IMG/VR virus record: IMGVR_UViG_3300021354_000450
Span: 32,001-96,000 of that record
Source: a virus
Direction: 5' to 3' (one strand)
DNA: 64,000 bases
Shown piece by piece: positions 48,968 to 59,153 of this stretch. Each line of letters starts with the position of its first letter. Position 1 is the stretch's first letter. The notes under the pieces were generated by a model. That model was not told the DNA's origin. It was given only the letters and a program-made list of their open reading frames with translations, and did not search any database. A program made the position numbers and the translations under genes.

Positions 48968-49701
48968 ACGAAGGTAAAAAAGCAAAAACTGAACAACCAG
49001 ATAATCGAAATTGGGTTGCAAAAAATGCAATAGCAACAACTAAAAGTGCTGCAGGTTATCAAAAAGATCGTAAAAAAGCCGATAAACGCGGTGAAACAAA
49101 ATACAAAGAAAAGTATACCGAAAGTAATGAATACTCTGACGAAGTAGGTATGGTTAAAAGCAATTTACACACAATTATTCGTATGTGTAAAGAACTCGAT
49201 GATCATATGATTAGTGATGAAAATTTACCAGAATGGGTTGAAGAAAAAGTTAGTCAAGCAAAAGCTATGATTGTTTCTGCAGGTGACTATATTATTAGTC
49301 AACACGAAATGGGAAATATTCAAAAAACAGATGAAGGATGGAAAGATGTTGCAAAAGGAGCCGGTCGAGGTTTGGCTGCTGCGGCAATTATCGGAGGTGC
49401 TTCTGGTATCGGAAGTCATTTAGATAAAACTCATCCAAGTCAATTTAAATCTAATAACACACGATATACAATTTCACATAATCCACAAGACGCACAAGGT
49501 CGTGATGCTCAAAAAACAATGTTAAATGGTAAACCATACCTAGTTTGGCATTGGAAAGGACAAGATTTTGCTTATGCATTACCAGTAAAAGAAGGATTTT
49601 GGACACACGATACATTAGCAGATCAATTATTTGAACACGAACGCACATACGAAGAAGTGTTAGAAAATAAACTCAACAAACAACTCAAAAAATATTCTTA
49701 A
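48964..49701 (+). CDS. hypothetical protein, possibly head-packaged
   Basis: RNWVAK, ENLPEWVEEKV, DEGWKD segments. Confidence 0.75.
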   Translation: MNEGKKAKTEQPDNRNWVAKNAIATTKSAAGYQKDRKKADKRGETKYKEKYTESNEYSDEVGMVKSNLHTIIRMCKELDDHMISDENLPEWVEEKVSQAKAMIVSAGDYIISQHEMGNIQKTDEGWKDVAKGAGRGLAAAAIIGGASGIGSHLDKTHPSQFKSNNTRYTISHNPQDAQGRDAQKTMLNGKPYLVWHWKGQDFAYALPVKEGFWTHDTLADQLFEHERTYEEVLENKLNKQLKKYS

Positions 49702-49707
49702 CCTATA

Positions 49708-49736
49708 TTGACATTGTATTATTGAGATATTATAAT
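49708..49736 (+). promoter_or_regulatory. sigma70-type promoter of the replication operon
   Basis: TTGACA-17-TATAAT. Confidence 0.85.
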
Positions 49737-49768
49737 ACAATGTCAACCTAACCTGAAGGAAAATAAAA

Positions 49769-50038
49769 ATGTCAAAAGTATTTGGTGCCCCAGAACAAGC
49801 AAAAATCCGTCAATTAATCTCAGAAGGCGTAACTGTCTTACAAGAAGTTCAAGATTTAAACGAAGGGTTAAATGATACGATTAAAGCTGTAGCAGAAGAA
49901 CTCGAAGTAAAACCAAGCATTATTAAAAAAGCAATTAAAGTTGCAATGAAAGGTGATTGGGATCGTGTATTTACAGAATTTGACGATTTAGAAACTATCG
50001 TTGAAATTAGCGGTCACGCTATTCGTCCAGATGAATAA
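49769..50038 (+). CDS. small dsDNA-binding protein (T4 DsbA/GapR-like)
   Basis: Helical, DTIKAVAEELEVKPSIIKKAIK; upstream of the polymerase. Confidence 0.65.
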   Translation: MSKVFGAPEQAKIRQLISEGVTVLQEVQDLNEGLNDTIKAVAEELEVKPSIIKKAIKVAMKGDWDRVFTEFDDLETIVEISGHAIRPDE

Positions 50039-50064
50039 CAAGTTTTAAAGCAATACAAAAATTA

Positions 50065-50123
50065 AAGGTCCGGCGAGCCATAAATCGCAACTTAGAAGGT
50101 CAGTGAGCCATAAATCACGAGGA
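50065..50123 (+). promoter_or_regulatory. tandem hairpin translational operator candidate for DNA polymerase
   Basis: AAGGTC-NN-GCGA-GCCATAAA-TCGC and AAGGTC-N-GTGA-GCCATAAA-TCAC, then SD GAGGA. Confidence 0.7.
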
Positions 50124-50128
50124 TAAAA

Positions 50129-52975
50129 ATGAGTTATGTAGATGCCATCTGGAACCGTGACGAGGATATCGTCCGTGTTGTTGAAAGAGATCCAGTTAAG
50201 GGTCGAACCTATCAAGAATTTCCCGCAAAGTATATGTTTTATTACCCTGATCAAAAGGGTAAGTATAGATCAATCTATGACGATTCTTTAAGTAAAGTTG
50301 TCTGTAAAAACTGGAAAGACTTTATTAAAGAACAAAAGATTCATAGTACACACAAGTTATTTGAATCAGATATTAATCCAGTATTTCGATGTTTAGAAGA
50401 CAATTATCTTAATCAAGAAGCTCCAAAACTAAATGTAGCGTTTTGGGATATCGAGGTTGACATGCAACCATTTGCTGTTTCAGGACAACACCTGGTAAAG
50501 ATTCGAAAAATAAAAACAGTAGTGGATGAAAAAGAAATAACAGTATTTAAATTAAATGAATTACCAAATAAAGAAGAGTATCAAGTATGGGATGATATTA
50601 AAAAGGAATGGGTTGATATTTACGGATGTAGATATTTAGAAGCAGGACCTGGCTATGCAAGTCCAGAAGATGCATTTATGCCTATTACTGCAATTGCTGT
50701 ACACCTACAATGGTTAGATATGCTGGTGTGTTTAGCTGTTCCACCTAAAACTCTTAAAATGGAACAAGCACAAGAATTAATTAAAGATATTCCGAATACT
50801 TTTCTATTCGACACAGAAGCAGAAATGTTAGAAACATTTTTAAATTTAATTGAAGATGCTGATGTACTAAGTGGGTGGAATAGTGAAGGCTTTGATATGC
50901 CGTATACTGTTAATCGTGTAATAAAAACTCTAAGTAAAGAAGATACTAGACGTTTTTGTTTGTTTGACCAATTTCCAAAGAAACGTGAATACGAAAAATA
51001 CGGAAAGAAAGCAAGTACATATGATCTTGTCGGTCGCGTACATCTTGATAGTCTTGAACTTTATAGAAAATATACCTACGAAGAAAGACACACTTATCGA
51101 TTAGATGCAATTGGTGAGATGGAAGTCGGTGAAACTAAAACTGTTTATGAAGGTACACTTGATCAATTATACAATAATGATTTTCGTACATTTATTCTTT
51201 ATAATAGACAAGATACCGCACTATTAGACAAGTTAGATAAAAAACTTAAATTTATTGACCTTGCTAATACAATTGCACATGAAAATGCAGTTTTGATTGC
51301 AACAACTATGGGTGCAGTTGCAGTAACAGAACAAGCAATTATAATTGAATCACATTCAAAAGGTTTAATTGTTCCAAGTCGTCCAAGAAAAGATGATACT
51401 GCTGATAATCAAGCAGCAGGTGCTTATGTTGCTTATCCAAAAAAAGGATTGCATGATTGGATAGGGTCAATGGATATAAACTCTCTATATCCGAGTGCTA
51501 TTCGTGCATTAAACATGGGTCCAGAAACTATTATTGGTCAACTAAGACAAGATTATTCAAAAGAAGAAATTGCTACCAAGATGGCAAAGAATGGCGGTAA
51601 GTTTGCATTAGCGTGGGAAGGAAAGTTTGGCAGTAATGAATATGAATTTGTTATGGCAAAAGATAAATCACATGATATAATTGTTGATTGGGAAAACGGA
51701 TCAACTGATGTACTAAGTGGTGCTCAAATCTACGAAATGATTTTTAATAGCAATCAACCTTGGATATTAAGTGCAAACGGTACAATCTTTACTTATGAAA
51801 AAGAAGGTATTATTCCAGGTTTGTTAAAAAGATGGTATTCCGAACGTAAGTCCCTTCAAGCAAAACTTAAAGATGCAATTAAAGCAGAAAACGAAGTTGA
51901 AGAAGAATATTGGGATAAACGACAATTGGTAAAAAAGATTTTGCTAAACAGTTTATACGGTGCTATTTTAAATTCAGGATGTAGATTCTTTGATAAACGG
52001 ATCGGTCAATCAACTACATTAACTGGTAGACGTATCGCTCGTCATATGGCTGCAAAAGTAAATGAATATGTTGCAGGCGAATACGATTATATTGGAAAAA
52101 GTATTATATACGGTGATACTGACTCTGTTTATTTTAGTGCATGGCCAATTTTAAAACATGATATCCAAAAAGGACTTATTCCTTGGAACAAAGATACAGT
52201 TGTTCAATTATATGATCAAATTTCTGATGAAGTTAATGCTACATTTCCAAAGTTTATGCTTGATGATTTTCATGTGCCAAAATCACGTGGTGAAGTAATT
52301 AAAGCAGGACGAGAAATTGTTGCTATCAAAGGTTTGTTTATTACTAAGAAAAGATATGCTGTATTATATTTTGATAAAGATGGTAAGAGACAAGACCAAG
52401 ACGGAAAACCTGGAAAGATCAAAGCAATGGGTTTAGATTTAAAACGATCAGATACTCCAGAATTTATGCAAAACTTTTTGAGTGAAGTATTAGAAAAAGT
52501 TTTAAATGGTGCAGAAGAACCGGAAATTTTAGAAATGATTTGTAATTTTAGAACTGAATTTAAAGCAAGACCTGGCTGGGAAAAAGGTAGTCCAAAACGT
52601 GCCAATAAAATAACTGATTATCAAGCTAAAGAAAAGAAACAAGGTAAGGCAAATATGCCGGGTCATGTTCGTGCAAGTATTAATTGGAATACTTTAAAAA
52701 CAATGCATGGTGACAAATATAGTCAACAAATTGTCGATGGTATGAAAGTTATTGTTTGTAAGATTAAAGACAATCCACTCGGTTTTACAAGTGTTGCTTA
52801 TCCAGTTGACGAATTAAGATTACCTAAATGGTTTCAAGAATTACCATTTAATCATAGTGAAATGGAAACTGCAATTATTAATAACAAGTTAGACAATTTA
52901 ATCGGTGTACTTGATTGGGATTTAAGTTCAACAACACAAGATAATAACTTTAACAGTTTATTTTCATTCAATTAA
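50129..52975 (+). CDS. family B DNA polymerase
   Basis: ExoI DIEVD, ExoII WNSEGFD, ExoIII YNRQD, DINSLYPS, KILLNSLYG, YGDTDS. Confidence 0.97.
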   Translation: MSYVDAIWNRDEDIVRVVERDPVKGRTYQEFPAKYMFYYPDQKGKYRSIYDDSLSKVVCKNWKDFIKEQKIHSTHKLFESDINPVFRCLEDNYLNQEAPKLNVAFWDIEVDMQPFAVSGQHLVKIRKIKTVVDEKEITVFKLNELPNKEEYQVWDDIKKEWVDIYGCRYLEAGPGYASPEDAFMPITAIAVHLQWLDMLVCLAVPPKTLKMEQAQELIKDIPNTFLFDTEAEMLETFLNLIEDADVLSGWNSEGFDMPYTVNRVIKTLSKEDTRRFCLFDQFPKKREYEKYGKKASTYDLVGRVHLDSLELYRKYTYEERHTYRLDAIGEMEVGETKTVYEGTLDQLYNNDFRTFILYNRQDTALLDKLDKKLKFIDLANTIAHENAVLIATTMGAVAVTEQAIIIESHSKGLIVPSRPRKDDTADNQAAGAYVAYPKKGLHDWIGSMDINSLYPSAIRALNMGPETIIGQLRQDYSKEEIATKMAKNGGKFALAWEGKFGSNEYEFVMAKDKSHDIIVDWENGSTDVLSGAQIYEMIFNSNQPWILSANGTIFTYEKEGIIPGLLKRWYSERKSLQAKLKDAIKAENEVEEEYWDKRQLVKKILLNSLYGAILNSGCRFFDKRIGQSTTLTGRRIARHMAAKVNEYVAGEYDYIGKSIIYGDTDSVYFSAWPILKHDIQKGLIPWNKDTVVQLYDQISDEVNATFPKFMLDDFHVPKSRGEVIKAGREIVAIKGLFITKKRYAVLYFDKDGKRQDQDGKPGKIKAMGLDLKRSDTPEFMQNFLSEVLEKVLNGAEEPEILEMICNFRTEFKARPGWEKGSPKRANKITDYQAKEKKQGKANMPGHVRASINWNTLKTMHGDKYSQQIVDGMKVIVCKIKDNPLGFTSVAYPVDELRLPKWFQELPFNHSEMETAIINNKLDNLIGVLDWDLSSTTQDNNFNSLFSFN

Positions 52976-53035
52976 TGCTTGACCATAACTACTTTTGGTT
53001 GTATAATAATAAAACATTTAAAAAAAGGAAAAATA

Positions 53036-53770
53036 ATGATTGATTTACTTAAAGACATTGTATCACACACTCATAACTTAGGTTTTTTAGATACTGTTAA
53101 AATTACAGGTGACGATGAATCAACTAAAGTTGATAGTATGGCTGCTGACCGTTCAGTAATTTTATATGGAGAAGTAAACTCACCCGTGCCAGAAATGAAA
53201 GGTATTTTTGGTATGCCACAACTTAACAAATTAAAAATACATTTAGATTGTCCTGTTTATAAAGAAAATGCAAAACTTGAAATTGTTACAGCAGATCGTA
53301 ATGGTGAAACAGTTCCAGTCGGTATTCATTTTGAAAATGATCTAGGTGATTTTAAAAACGATTATCGTTTTATGAACACCGACATTATTAATGAAAAACT
53401 AAAAACTGTAACATTTAGAGGTGTTACTTGGCATGTAGAAGTTAATCCTACAATTACTTCAATTCAAAGATTTACTTTTCAAGCAAATGCAAATAATGAA
53501 CATCCAACATTCTTAACAAAAGTAGAAAATGGTAATCTAAAGTTTATATTTGGTGATCAATCAACACATGGTGGCGAGTTTGTATTTGCATCAAATGTTG
53601 TAGGTAATTTAACTAAAGCATGGACTTGGCCGGTAAGTCAAGTATTGAGCATTTTAAAAATTGCTGATGCAAACAATGCAAAATTAAGTATTAGTAATGA
53701 CGGTGCAATGCAAATTACTTTAGACAGCGGAATTGCAACTTACAAATACATTATTCCAGCTCAAGCATAA
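53036..53770 (+). CDS. probable sliding clamp
   Basis: Follows PolB, about 245 aa with clamp-like alpha/beta pattern ending YKYIIPA; promoter TTGACC-17-TATAAT at 52979-53007 puts the start at ATG 53036. Confidence 0.65.
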   Translation: MIDLLKDIVSHTHNLGFLDTVKITGDDESTKVDSMAADRSVILYGEVNSPVPEMKGIFGMPQLNKLKIHLDCPVYKENAKLEIVTADRNGETVPVGIHFENDLGDFKNDYRFMNTDIINEKLKTVTFRGVTWHVEVNPTITSIQRFTFQANANNEHPTFLTKVENGNLKFIFGDQSTHGGEFVFASNVVGNLTKAWTWPVSQVLSILKIADANNAKLSISNDGAMQITLDSGIATYKYIIPAQA

Positions 53771-53927
53771 TGGGAAGTATAAATCCTACAAACAGGTTTT
53801 CTATCTTTTACGGAACAATTCCATATGTTCTATATATTTCACAGAACCTTGCCAATCCGTTTTAAGGAATATGAACTTTAGTAAGGTGACTCTGGCGGGT
53901 AATAAATAATGAAAAAAGGAATAAAAT

Positions 53928-55436
53928 ATGACAATATCATTATGTAAAATCTGTGGTGCACCCGTTGTTAAATTTATCAAATCAACAAATAAATGGTGGG
54001 ATTGGTGCTCAAACAAATGTATGGGTGCTGATCCTTCAATTTTAGAAAAAAAGAAACAAACAAATTTAAAGAAGTTTGGAGTTGCTCATCCGATGGAATT
54101 AGTAGAAATACGAGATAAAATTAAAACAACAAATTTAGATCGTCATGGGTATGAAAATCCATTTAGTGATAAAGAAATTCAGAAAAAATTAAAACAAACT
54201 TATATTGATAAATTTGGAGTTAATAATCCATCAAAAAATAAAGAAATAATTAAAAAGATCAGTGAATCTGCAATTTTAAGATATGCCGATTCAAAAGAAG
54301 AAATTCTTAACAAACGTCAAGCTACTTCTCTTAAAACATTAGGTGTTGCTTCAAATAAGCAATTACATATTCCAAAAGAATCTATTCGTTTAATGAAAGA
54401 TTTAGAATGGTTAAAAGATCAACATTTTATTCAAAAGAAATCATGTCAACAGATTGCAAATGAATTAGGAGTGTCTGCAACTCCGATCTTAACATTTATG
54501 TCAAATAACGGAATTGAGATAATTCGCCATTCCGTTTCACAAGTTGAACATGAAATAAGAGAATTTGTTAGCACGTTAACTGATGATGAAATTATTTTTA
54601 ATGATCGATCAATTTTATATCCAAAAGAAATAGATGTATTTTTTCCAAGACAACATTTAGGAATCGAAGTAAATGGTGTTTTTTGGCATTCTGAAGAAAG
54701 AGGAAAAGACAAGTATTATCACATTAATAAGACAAAAAAATGTGAAGATAAACAAATTCAACTATTACATATATATGATACTGAATGGGCAAACCCAATT
54801 AAGCAAGAAATTATTAAATCAAAATTAAGACATAAATTTAATAAATCAATAAGAATTTTTGCAAGACAGTGTCTTATAAAAGAAGTTGATAATAAACAAG
54901 CAGAAGAATTTTTAATTGCAAATCATTTACAAGGAAATGTATCTTCGCGTTTTAAAATAGGATTATTTTATAATAATGAATTAATTTCAATTGCAACACT
55001 TGGAGTTTCTCGTTATAATAAATCATATCAATTAGAACTTTTGAGATATTGTAATAAATTAAATCACACAGTTGTTGGCGGCTTAAGCAAAATATTAAAG
55101 TATGTTGCTAATAGAAATAATATCGATTCAATAATCTCATATGCAGATAGAAGATGGACTGCTAATTTAAATCATAATTTGTATGAATCATCAGGATTTA
55201 CATTTTTACACGAGGCATTACCTAATTACAAATATTTTAAAATAACTGATATAAATTTAACACTTCTTTCAAGAAATCAGTTTCAAAAACATTTACTTGA
55301 ATCAAAATTACAAACATTTGATAGCACACTTACAGAATATGAAAATATGACCATAAATGGATATTTTAGAATTTGGGATTGCGGCAATTTAGTATATATT
55401 TGGAAAAATAACAAAAAGGAAAAACATGAAATATAA
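53928..55436 (+). CDS. Hef-like homing endonuclease (repeats, HTH, PD-(D/E)XK/Vsr nuclease, GNAT-like C-terminus)
   Basis: CxxC, three KxTxxxxxGV-type repeats, IANELGVS, EIDVF...GIEVNGVFWHS, ELLRYC...SYADRRW...IWDCG. Confidence 0.75.
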   Translation: MTISLCKICGAPVVKFIKSTNKWWDWCSNKCMGADPSILEKKKQTNLKKFGVAHPMELVEIRDKIKTTNLDRHGYENPFSDKEIQKKLKQTYIDKFGVNNPSKNKEIIKKISESAILRYADSKEEILNKRQATSLKTLGVASNKQLHIPKESIRLMKDLEWLKDQHFIQKKSCQQIANELGVSATPILTFMSNNGIEIIRHSVSQVEHEIREFVSTLTDDEIIFNDRSILYPKEIDVFFPRQHLGIEVNGVFWHSEERGKDKYYHINKTKKCEDKQIQLLHIYDTEWANPIKQEIIKSKLRHKFNKSIRIFARQCLIKEVDNKQAEEFLIANHLQGNVSSRFKIGLFYNNELISIATLGVSRYNKSYQLELLRYCNKLNHTVVGGLSKILKYVANRNNIDSIISYADRRWTANLNHNLYESSGFTFLHEALPNYKYFKITDINLTLLSRNQFQKHLLESKLQTFDSTLTEYENMTINGYFRIWDCGNLVYIWKNNKKEKHEI

Positions 55437-57060
55437 ACCACCAGTAGATCTAACTCAAGGCGTTGGCGATTCGGCTGTATTTTTGCCAGCTATCAGTTCG
55501 TTTTATTCAACATATATTGCAAAACAACGACTTGAAGAATTTGTTCCAACTGATCGAATCCCAAAAGGATTCGATCGTGGGATCGAAGGAATGAATTTTT
55601 TAAATCCAGAAGACGGATACTTTACTTACAAGTACGGGCTATATTCAGCAGGACATGCACAATTAGATCTTAATAAAAGTCTAATTCAAGAATCAATGAT
55701 TCAACAACGCGATAGAAAAAACACTATGATTCTAGGTGACTCAGGTGGTTATCAAATAGGAAAAGGTGTTCTTAAATTTGATTGGTTAAACTTCGATGGT
55801 CCTAGTGCAAATAAAACTCGTCAAAGCATTTTAGAATGGTTAGAATTAACTGCTGATTGGTCAATGATGCTTGACGTGCCGACCTGGGCTTGTGATCATA
55901 TTCATAGTCCAAAAACAGGTTTAAAAACATTTGAAGACTGTTTAGAAAAAACACGTTTTAATAATGATTACTTTTTACAAAATCGGTTAGGACAAACTAA
56001 ATGGTTAAATGTATTACAAGGTGGTGATTGGGATACTGCTGAAAAATGGTATCTTGGTGTAAAAGAGTTTAGTGATCCAACCGGTCCTTATGCTGGTAAA
56101 GAAGCAGAAGGATGGGCATTTGGAGGTGCTAACATGTGTAAAATGGATATCACTTTAAAACGTCTAATGACCATGCGTGAAGATAAGTTATTAGATGGAA
56201 AAAATTGGATTCACTTTTTAGGAACAGCACAGTTAGATTGGAGTTGTTACTTAACATCAATTCAACGTCAAATTAGAAAACATATAAATCCAGAACTTAC
56301 TATATCATTCGATTGTGCAAGTCCTTTTATCGCAACAGCACATGGTCTTGTTTATACTAATGCACAACACACAACTAAACGTTGGAGTGTTATTATGGAT
56401 AAAGCAATGGATAATAAAGGACTTGCCGGCAGTGAAATTCCATTTCCATTTGAAAGTGAATTTGGTAGACGGTTAACAGTTGGTGATATTTGTTATTATG
56501 ATTTAGGTGTTCCAAAAACACAACAAGAATTAGGCGAAGGTGTTAAATTTAATCACGTTGATCCTAATCATTATACTGTTGTTCCTAAACTTAATAAGTT
56601 GAATAAAATTCCAAATAAAACTTCTTGGGATAGCTTTGCTTATGCATTAATGATGGGACATAATGTATATTGTCATATTGTTGCTGTACAACGTGCAAAT
56701 CAATTAATGGATATCGAACGTGCAAAAGCAGAACCAGATTGGCGTTATTGGAACAAATTAAATGCAAAACAAGCAGGTCAAGATGAATATAGTGATTGGG
56801 TTCCAAGAAATATTTTATATTTTGATCGTTTTGTAACTGAATTGTTTGAAACAACTACTAAAGAAGAAGCATTTGAAATGATTGAACAAGCAATGCCATT
56901 CTTAAAATCGTTAGAAGGTGCAAGATTACAAGGTGGGCCTGCACAAAATACATTTAGTAATTTATTTGAAGTTGAAACCGTAACCAATGCAGAAGAAATC
57001 GATCTTGCGAATCCAGATGACGATGACTTACGTGCTTTAGAAGAAAGTATATCAGAATGA
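55426..57060 (+). CDS. dpdA: TGT-fold transglycosylase, DpdA-like (7-deazaguanine insertion into DNA)
   Basis: GDSGGYQ, MLDVP, NVLQG, GWAFGG, IHFLG, SFDCASP; near folE/queE and the replication genes. Confidence 0.72.
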   Translation: MKYKPPVDLTQGVGDSAVFLPAISSFYSTYIAKQRLEEFVPTDRIPKGFDRGIEGMNFLNPEDGYFTYKYGLYSAGHAQLDLNKSLIQESMIQQRDRKNTMILGDSGGYQIGKGVLKFDWLNFDGPSANKTRQSILEWLELTADWSMMLDVPTWACDHIHSPKTGLKTFEDCLEKTRFNNDYFLQNRLGQTKWLNVLQGGDWDTAEKWYLGVKEFSDPTGPYAGKEAEGWAFGGANMCKMDITLKRLMTMREDKLLDGKNWIHFLGTAQLDWSCYLTSIQRQIRKHINPELTISFDCASPFIATAHGLVYTNAQHTTKRWSVIMDKAMDNKGLAGSEIPFPFESEFGRRLTVGDICYYDLGVPKTQQELGEGVKFNHVDPNHYTVVPKLNKLNKIPNKTSWDSFAYALMMGHNVYCHIVAVQRANQLMDIERAKAEPDWRYWNKLNAKQAGQDEYSDWVPRNILYFDRFVTELFETTTKEEAFEMIEQAMPFLKSLEGARLQGGPAQNTFSNLFEVETVTNAEEIDLANPDDDDLRALEESISE

Positions 57061-57593
57061 AAAGAGATTATGAGTCAGGTTCAAAAGAAGGAGTAACGTT
57101 CTTTGTCGGTAAAGAAATTGAACAAACTCCTGCTTTTGGAAAAATAACTTTATTTGTGGTTGGAGTACAAGATGTAGAAGAAATTTTACATCTTGTAAAA
57201 AACTATCCTTATGGTCCTATCGAACACATTTATTTTGGTGCAAATCAAAGTTTTCCAAAATTAAGATATGATGATGTAGAACGTTGGTCAAAATGGGAAG
57301 TTATGATCAAACAATGTTTAGATGCAGGATATCTTTGTACATTAGATTTTGATGTTGAGCAAGTTGAGGGATTATTAGAAAGTTGTTTAGTCGAACATCA
57401 TTTGTTTATTCCGCAAATTTCGGTGAAAATTCCTTACTTGACACAGTTAGGATATAATGCTACAATTAAGATAGACGATAAGGATTTTAAAGCTACAAAT
57501 CCCGGCGTTTGGTGTTTACCAATAAATGATGTAACACAACGAAAGTATTTTACTAATTGGTTTGAATATAAAAACGATGAGATTATAAAATGA
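57057..57593 (+). CDS. hypothetical protein in the modification cluster
   Basis: Coupled to the DpdA-like gene; HIYFGANQSF, KIDDKDFKATNPGVW. Confidence 0.8.
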   Translation: MKRDYESGSKEGVTFFVGKEIEQTPAFGKITLFVVGVQDVEEILHLVKNYPYGPIEHIYFGANQSFPKLRYDDVERWSKWEVMIKQCLDAGYLCTLDFDVEQVEGLLESCLVEHHLFIPQISVKIPYLTQLGYNATIKIDDKDFKATNPGVWCLPINDVTQRKYFTNWFEYKNDEIIK

Positions 57594-58012
57594 GCATTGC
57601 GGCGACAATAAGAAATGCAAATCGACAAATTTGGGTAACTTTCAAAAAGGAAGGAATTCACTGTTTTCCAGCGGCAAAAAGCGATCCGAGGTTAAATACA
57701 AATGATGAATACGATGTTTCGTTCCTTGCGAGTCCACATCGTCACATTTTTCACTTTAGAGTGGCAATTGACGTTTTTCACAATGATCGAGATATTGAGT
57801 TTATCCAATTTAAACGCTGGCTAGAAAATTTATATGCCAGTTCTCTCAATAATTCTATTTTAGAACTTAACAACAAGAGTTGCGAAATGATTGCAGATGA
57901 CTTGTATCAGCAAATTGCACAACGATACCCTAATCGTGATGTAGTAATTGAAGTATCCGAAGATGGTGAAAATGGATGCACAATTTCATATAATGGAACA
58001 ACCGTAATTTAA
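57590..58012 (+). CDS. QueD-like T-fold protein (DpdL candidate)
   Basis: EGIHCFP, PHRHIFHF, RDIEF, SCEMIA, VSEDGENG. Confidence 0.7.
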   Translation: MSIAATIRNANRQIWVTFKKEGIHCFPAAKSDPRLNTNDEYDVSFLASPHRHIFHFRVAIDVFHNDRDIEFIQFKRWLENLYASSLNNSILELNNKSCEMIADDLYQQIAQRYPNRDVVIEVSEDGENGCTISYNGTTVI

Positions 58013-58023
58013 AGGAAAGCGAA

Positions 58024-58251
58024 ATGGCACAACCCAAATGGCTCAATAAGTATTTGGTTATGAAACCAGATGTCATCAGGATTTATAACGATCTTGAAAC
58101 TTGGCACAATCATTGTCGTATTGAATTGATTGATTTTAATCCAGCAGATTTATACAAATCTAAAGCTTATAAAGATTGGCAACGAACGCAAGAATACTTG
58201 CAACGTAAAGCTCGTCGAGAAGCAAAAGCGAGGCAAAGTAATCAGATTTAA
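58024..58251 (+). CDS. hypothetical protein
   Basis: SD AAGGA. Confidence 0.7.
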   Translation: MAQPKWLNKYLVMKPDVIRIYNDLETWHNHCRIELIDFNPADLYKSKAYKDWQRTQEYLQRKARREAKARQSNQI

Positions 58252-59078
58252 TCTGTATAGTCTCTGACCTTACATAGTTTATTAAACTCCCAGAAGCCCC
58301 TTAAATGGGGTTTCGTTGTATCAAGTGATGGGCCGATTCCTTGTTCTTTACAAAATTGTATTCGATTGCCTTTGATTATAAAAACTTCCCCAGTCGGAGA
58401 TGTTGCCTGCCATACATAGGCATTATAGTTTTGTTCAGCAAATGAATCTCGTTTAGGACGTCTACGATTAGATTCTTTAGATTTAATTTTTCCCTCTTCT
58501 AATCCTGCCTGCCTAACCGATTCTACCCATTCTTTTCCAAAGTTATTGATAAGTAAATGCCGTATAGTATATTGTGCGTGGCCTGTTTTTTCAGCAGTAG
58601 TTTTAATGGTTTTGTATTTTTCAAAAAATGATTTAATAGAAGCGACATAAGTTTGATGATCAACATAACCGATTTTCTGTGCTATTGAATCCAAATGTTT
58701 GATCTTAACTTTTGGACAACTCATCGAATTTGGAAGAGCAGCAGTTAGTTCTCTAATAGTTTGATATTGTCGGGCTGTTAAAGTCCTTTGTGTTCCAGGC
58801 TTGGTCATCTTAAAAGCATCAACAGCTCTAAGCATCTTAAACCTAAATACTCCAGAAGTCATCTTTACTAATAATAGATGACATATATAATGTTCTCGAG
58901 CAGTTAGTGAAACAAGATTACTTTGGTCATTAGATCCCCCAAGACTCTTTGGATGTATATGATGTTTCTCAAAATAGCCAGAAGGAGCATTACCAATACG
59001 GCGATTGATAATGTTGTAATACCAACGATGATATTTATTGACGATGAAGTTGTTATGACCCATACGATTATTTATCAA
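58248..59078 (-). mobile_element. free-standing HNH homing endonuclease
   Basis: EKHHIHPKSLGGSNDQSNLVSLTAREHYICHLLL; antisense insertion in an operon. Confidence 0.9.
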
Positions 59079-59094
59079 TTCGATAGAAAAATGT

Positions 59095-59135
59095 TTGACT
59101 TTAAGAAAATTGTGTTGTATAATGTGTTGTATAAT
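59095..59135 (+). promoter_or_regulatory. sigma70 promoter with duplicated -10 region
   Basis: TTGACT-17-TATAAT; TGTGTTGTATAA tandem x2. Confidence 0.75.
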
Positions 59136-59153
59136 ATAGTAAAGGAGAAAAAA

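Noticed and set aside
50462-50650. Functional intein or group I intron in PolB
   Set aside because: Too short, lacks the splicing residues, and the frame is uninterrupted; kept only as a possible remnant
53770-53865. 31-aa ORF after the clamp gene
   Set aside because: Very short, no recognisable features; not supportable without homologues
58923-59153. N-terminal extension of the glycosyltransferase
   Set aside because: Overlaps the antisense HNH gene and the promoter; SD supports ATG 59154
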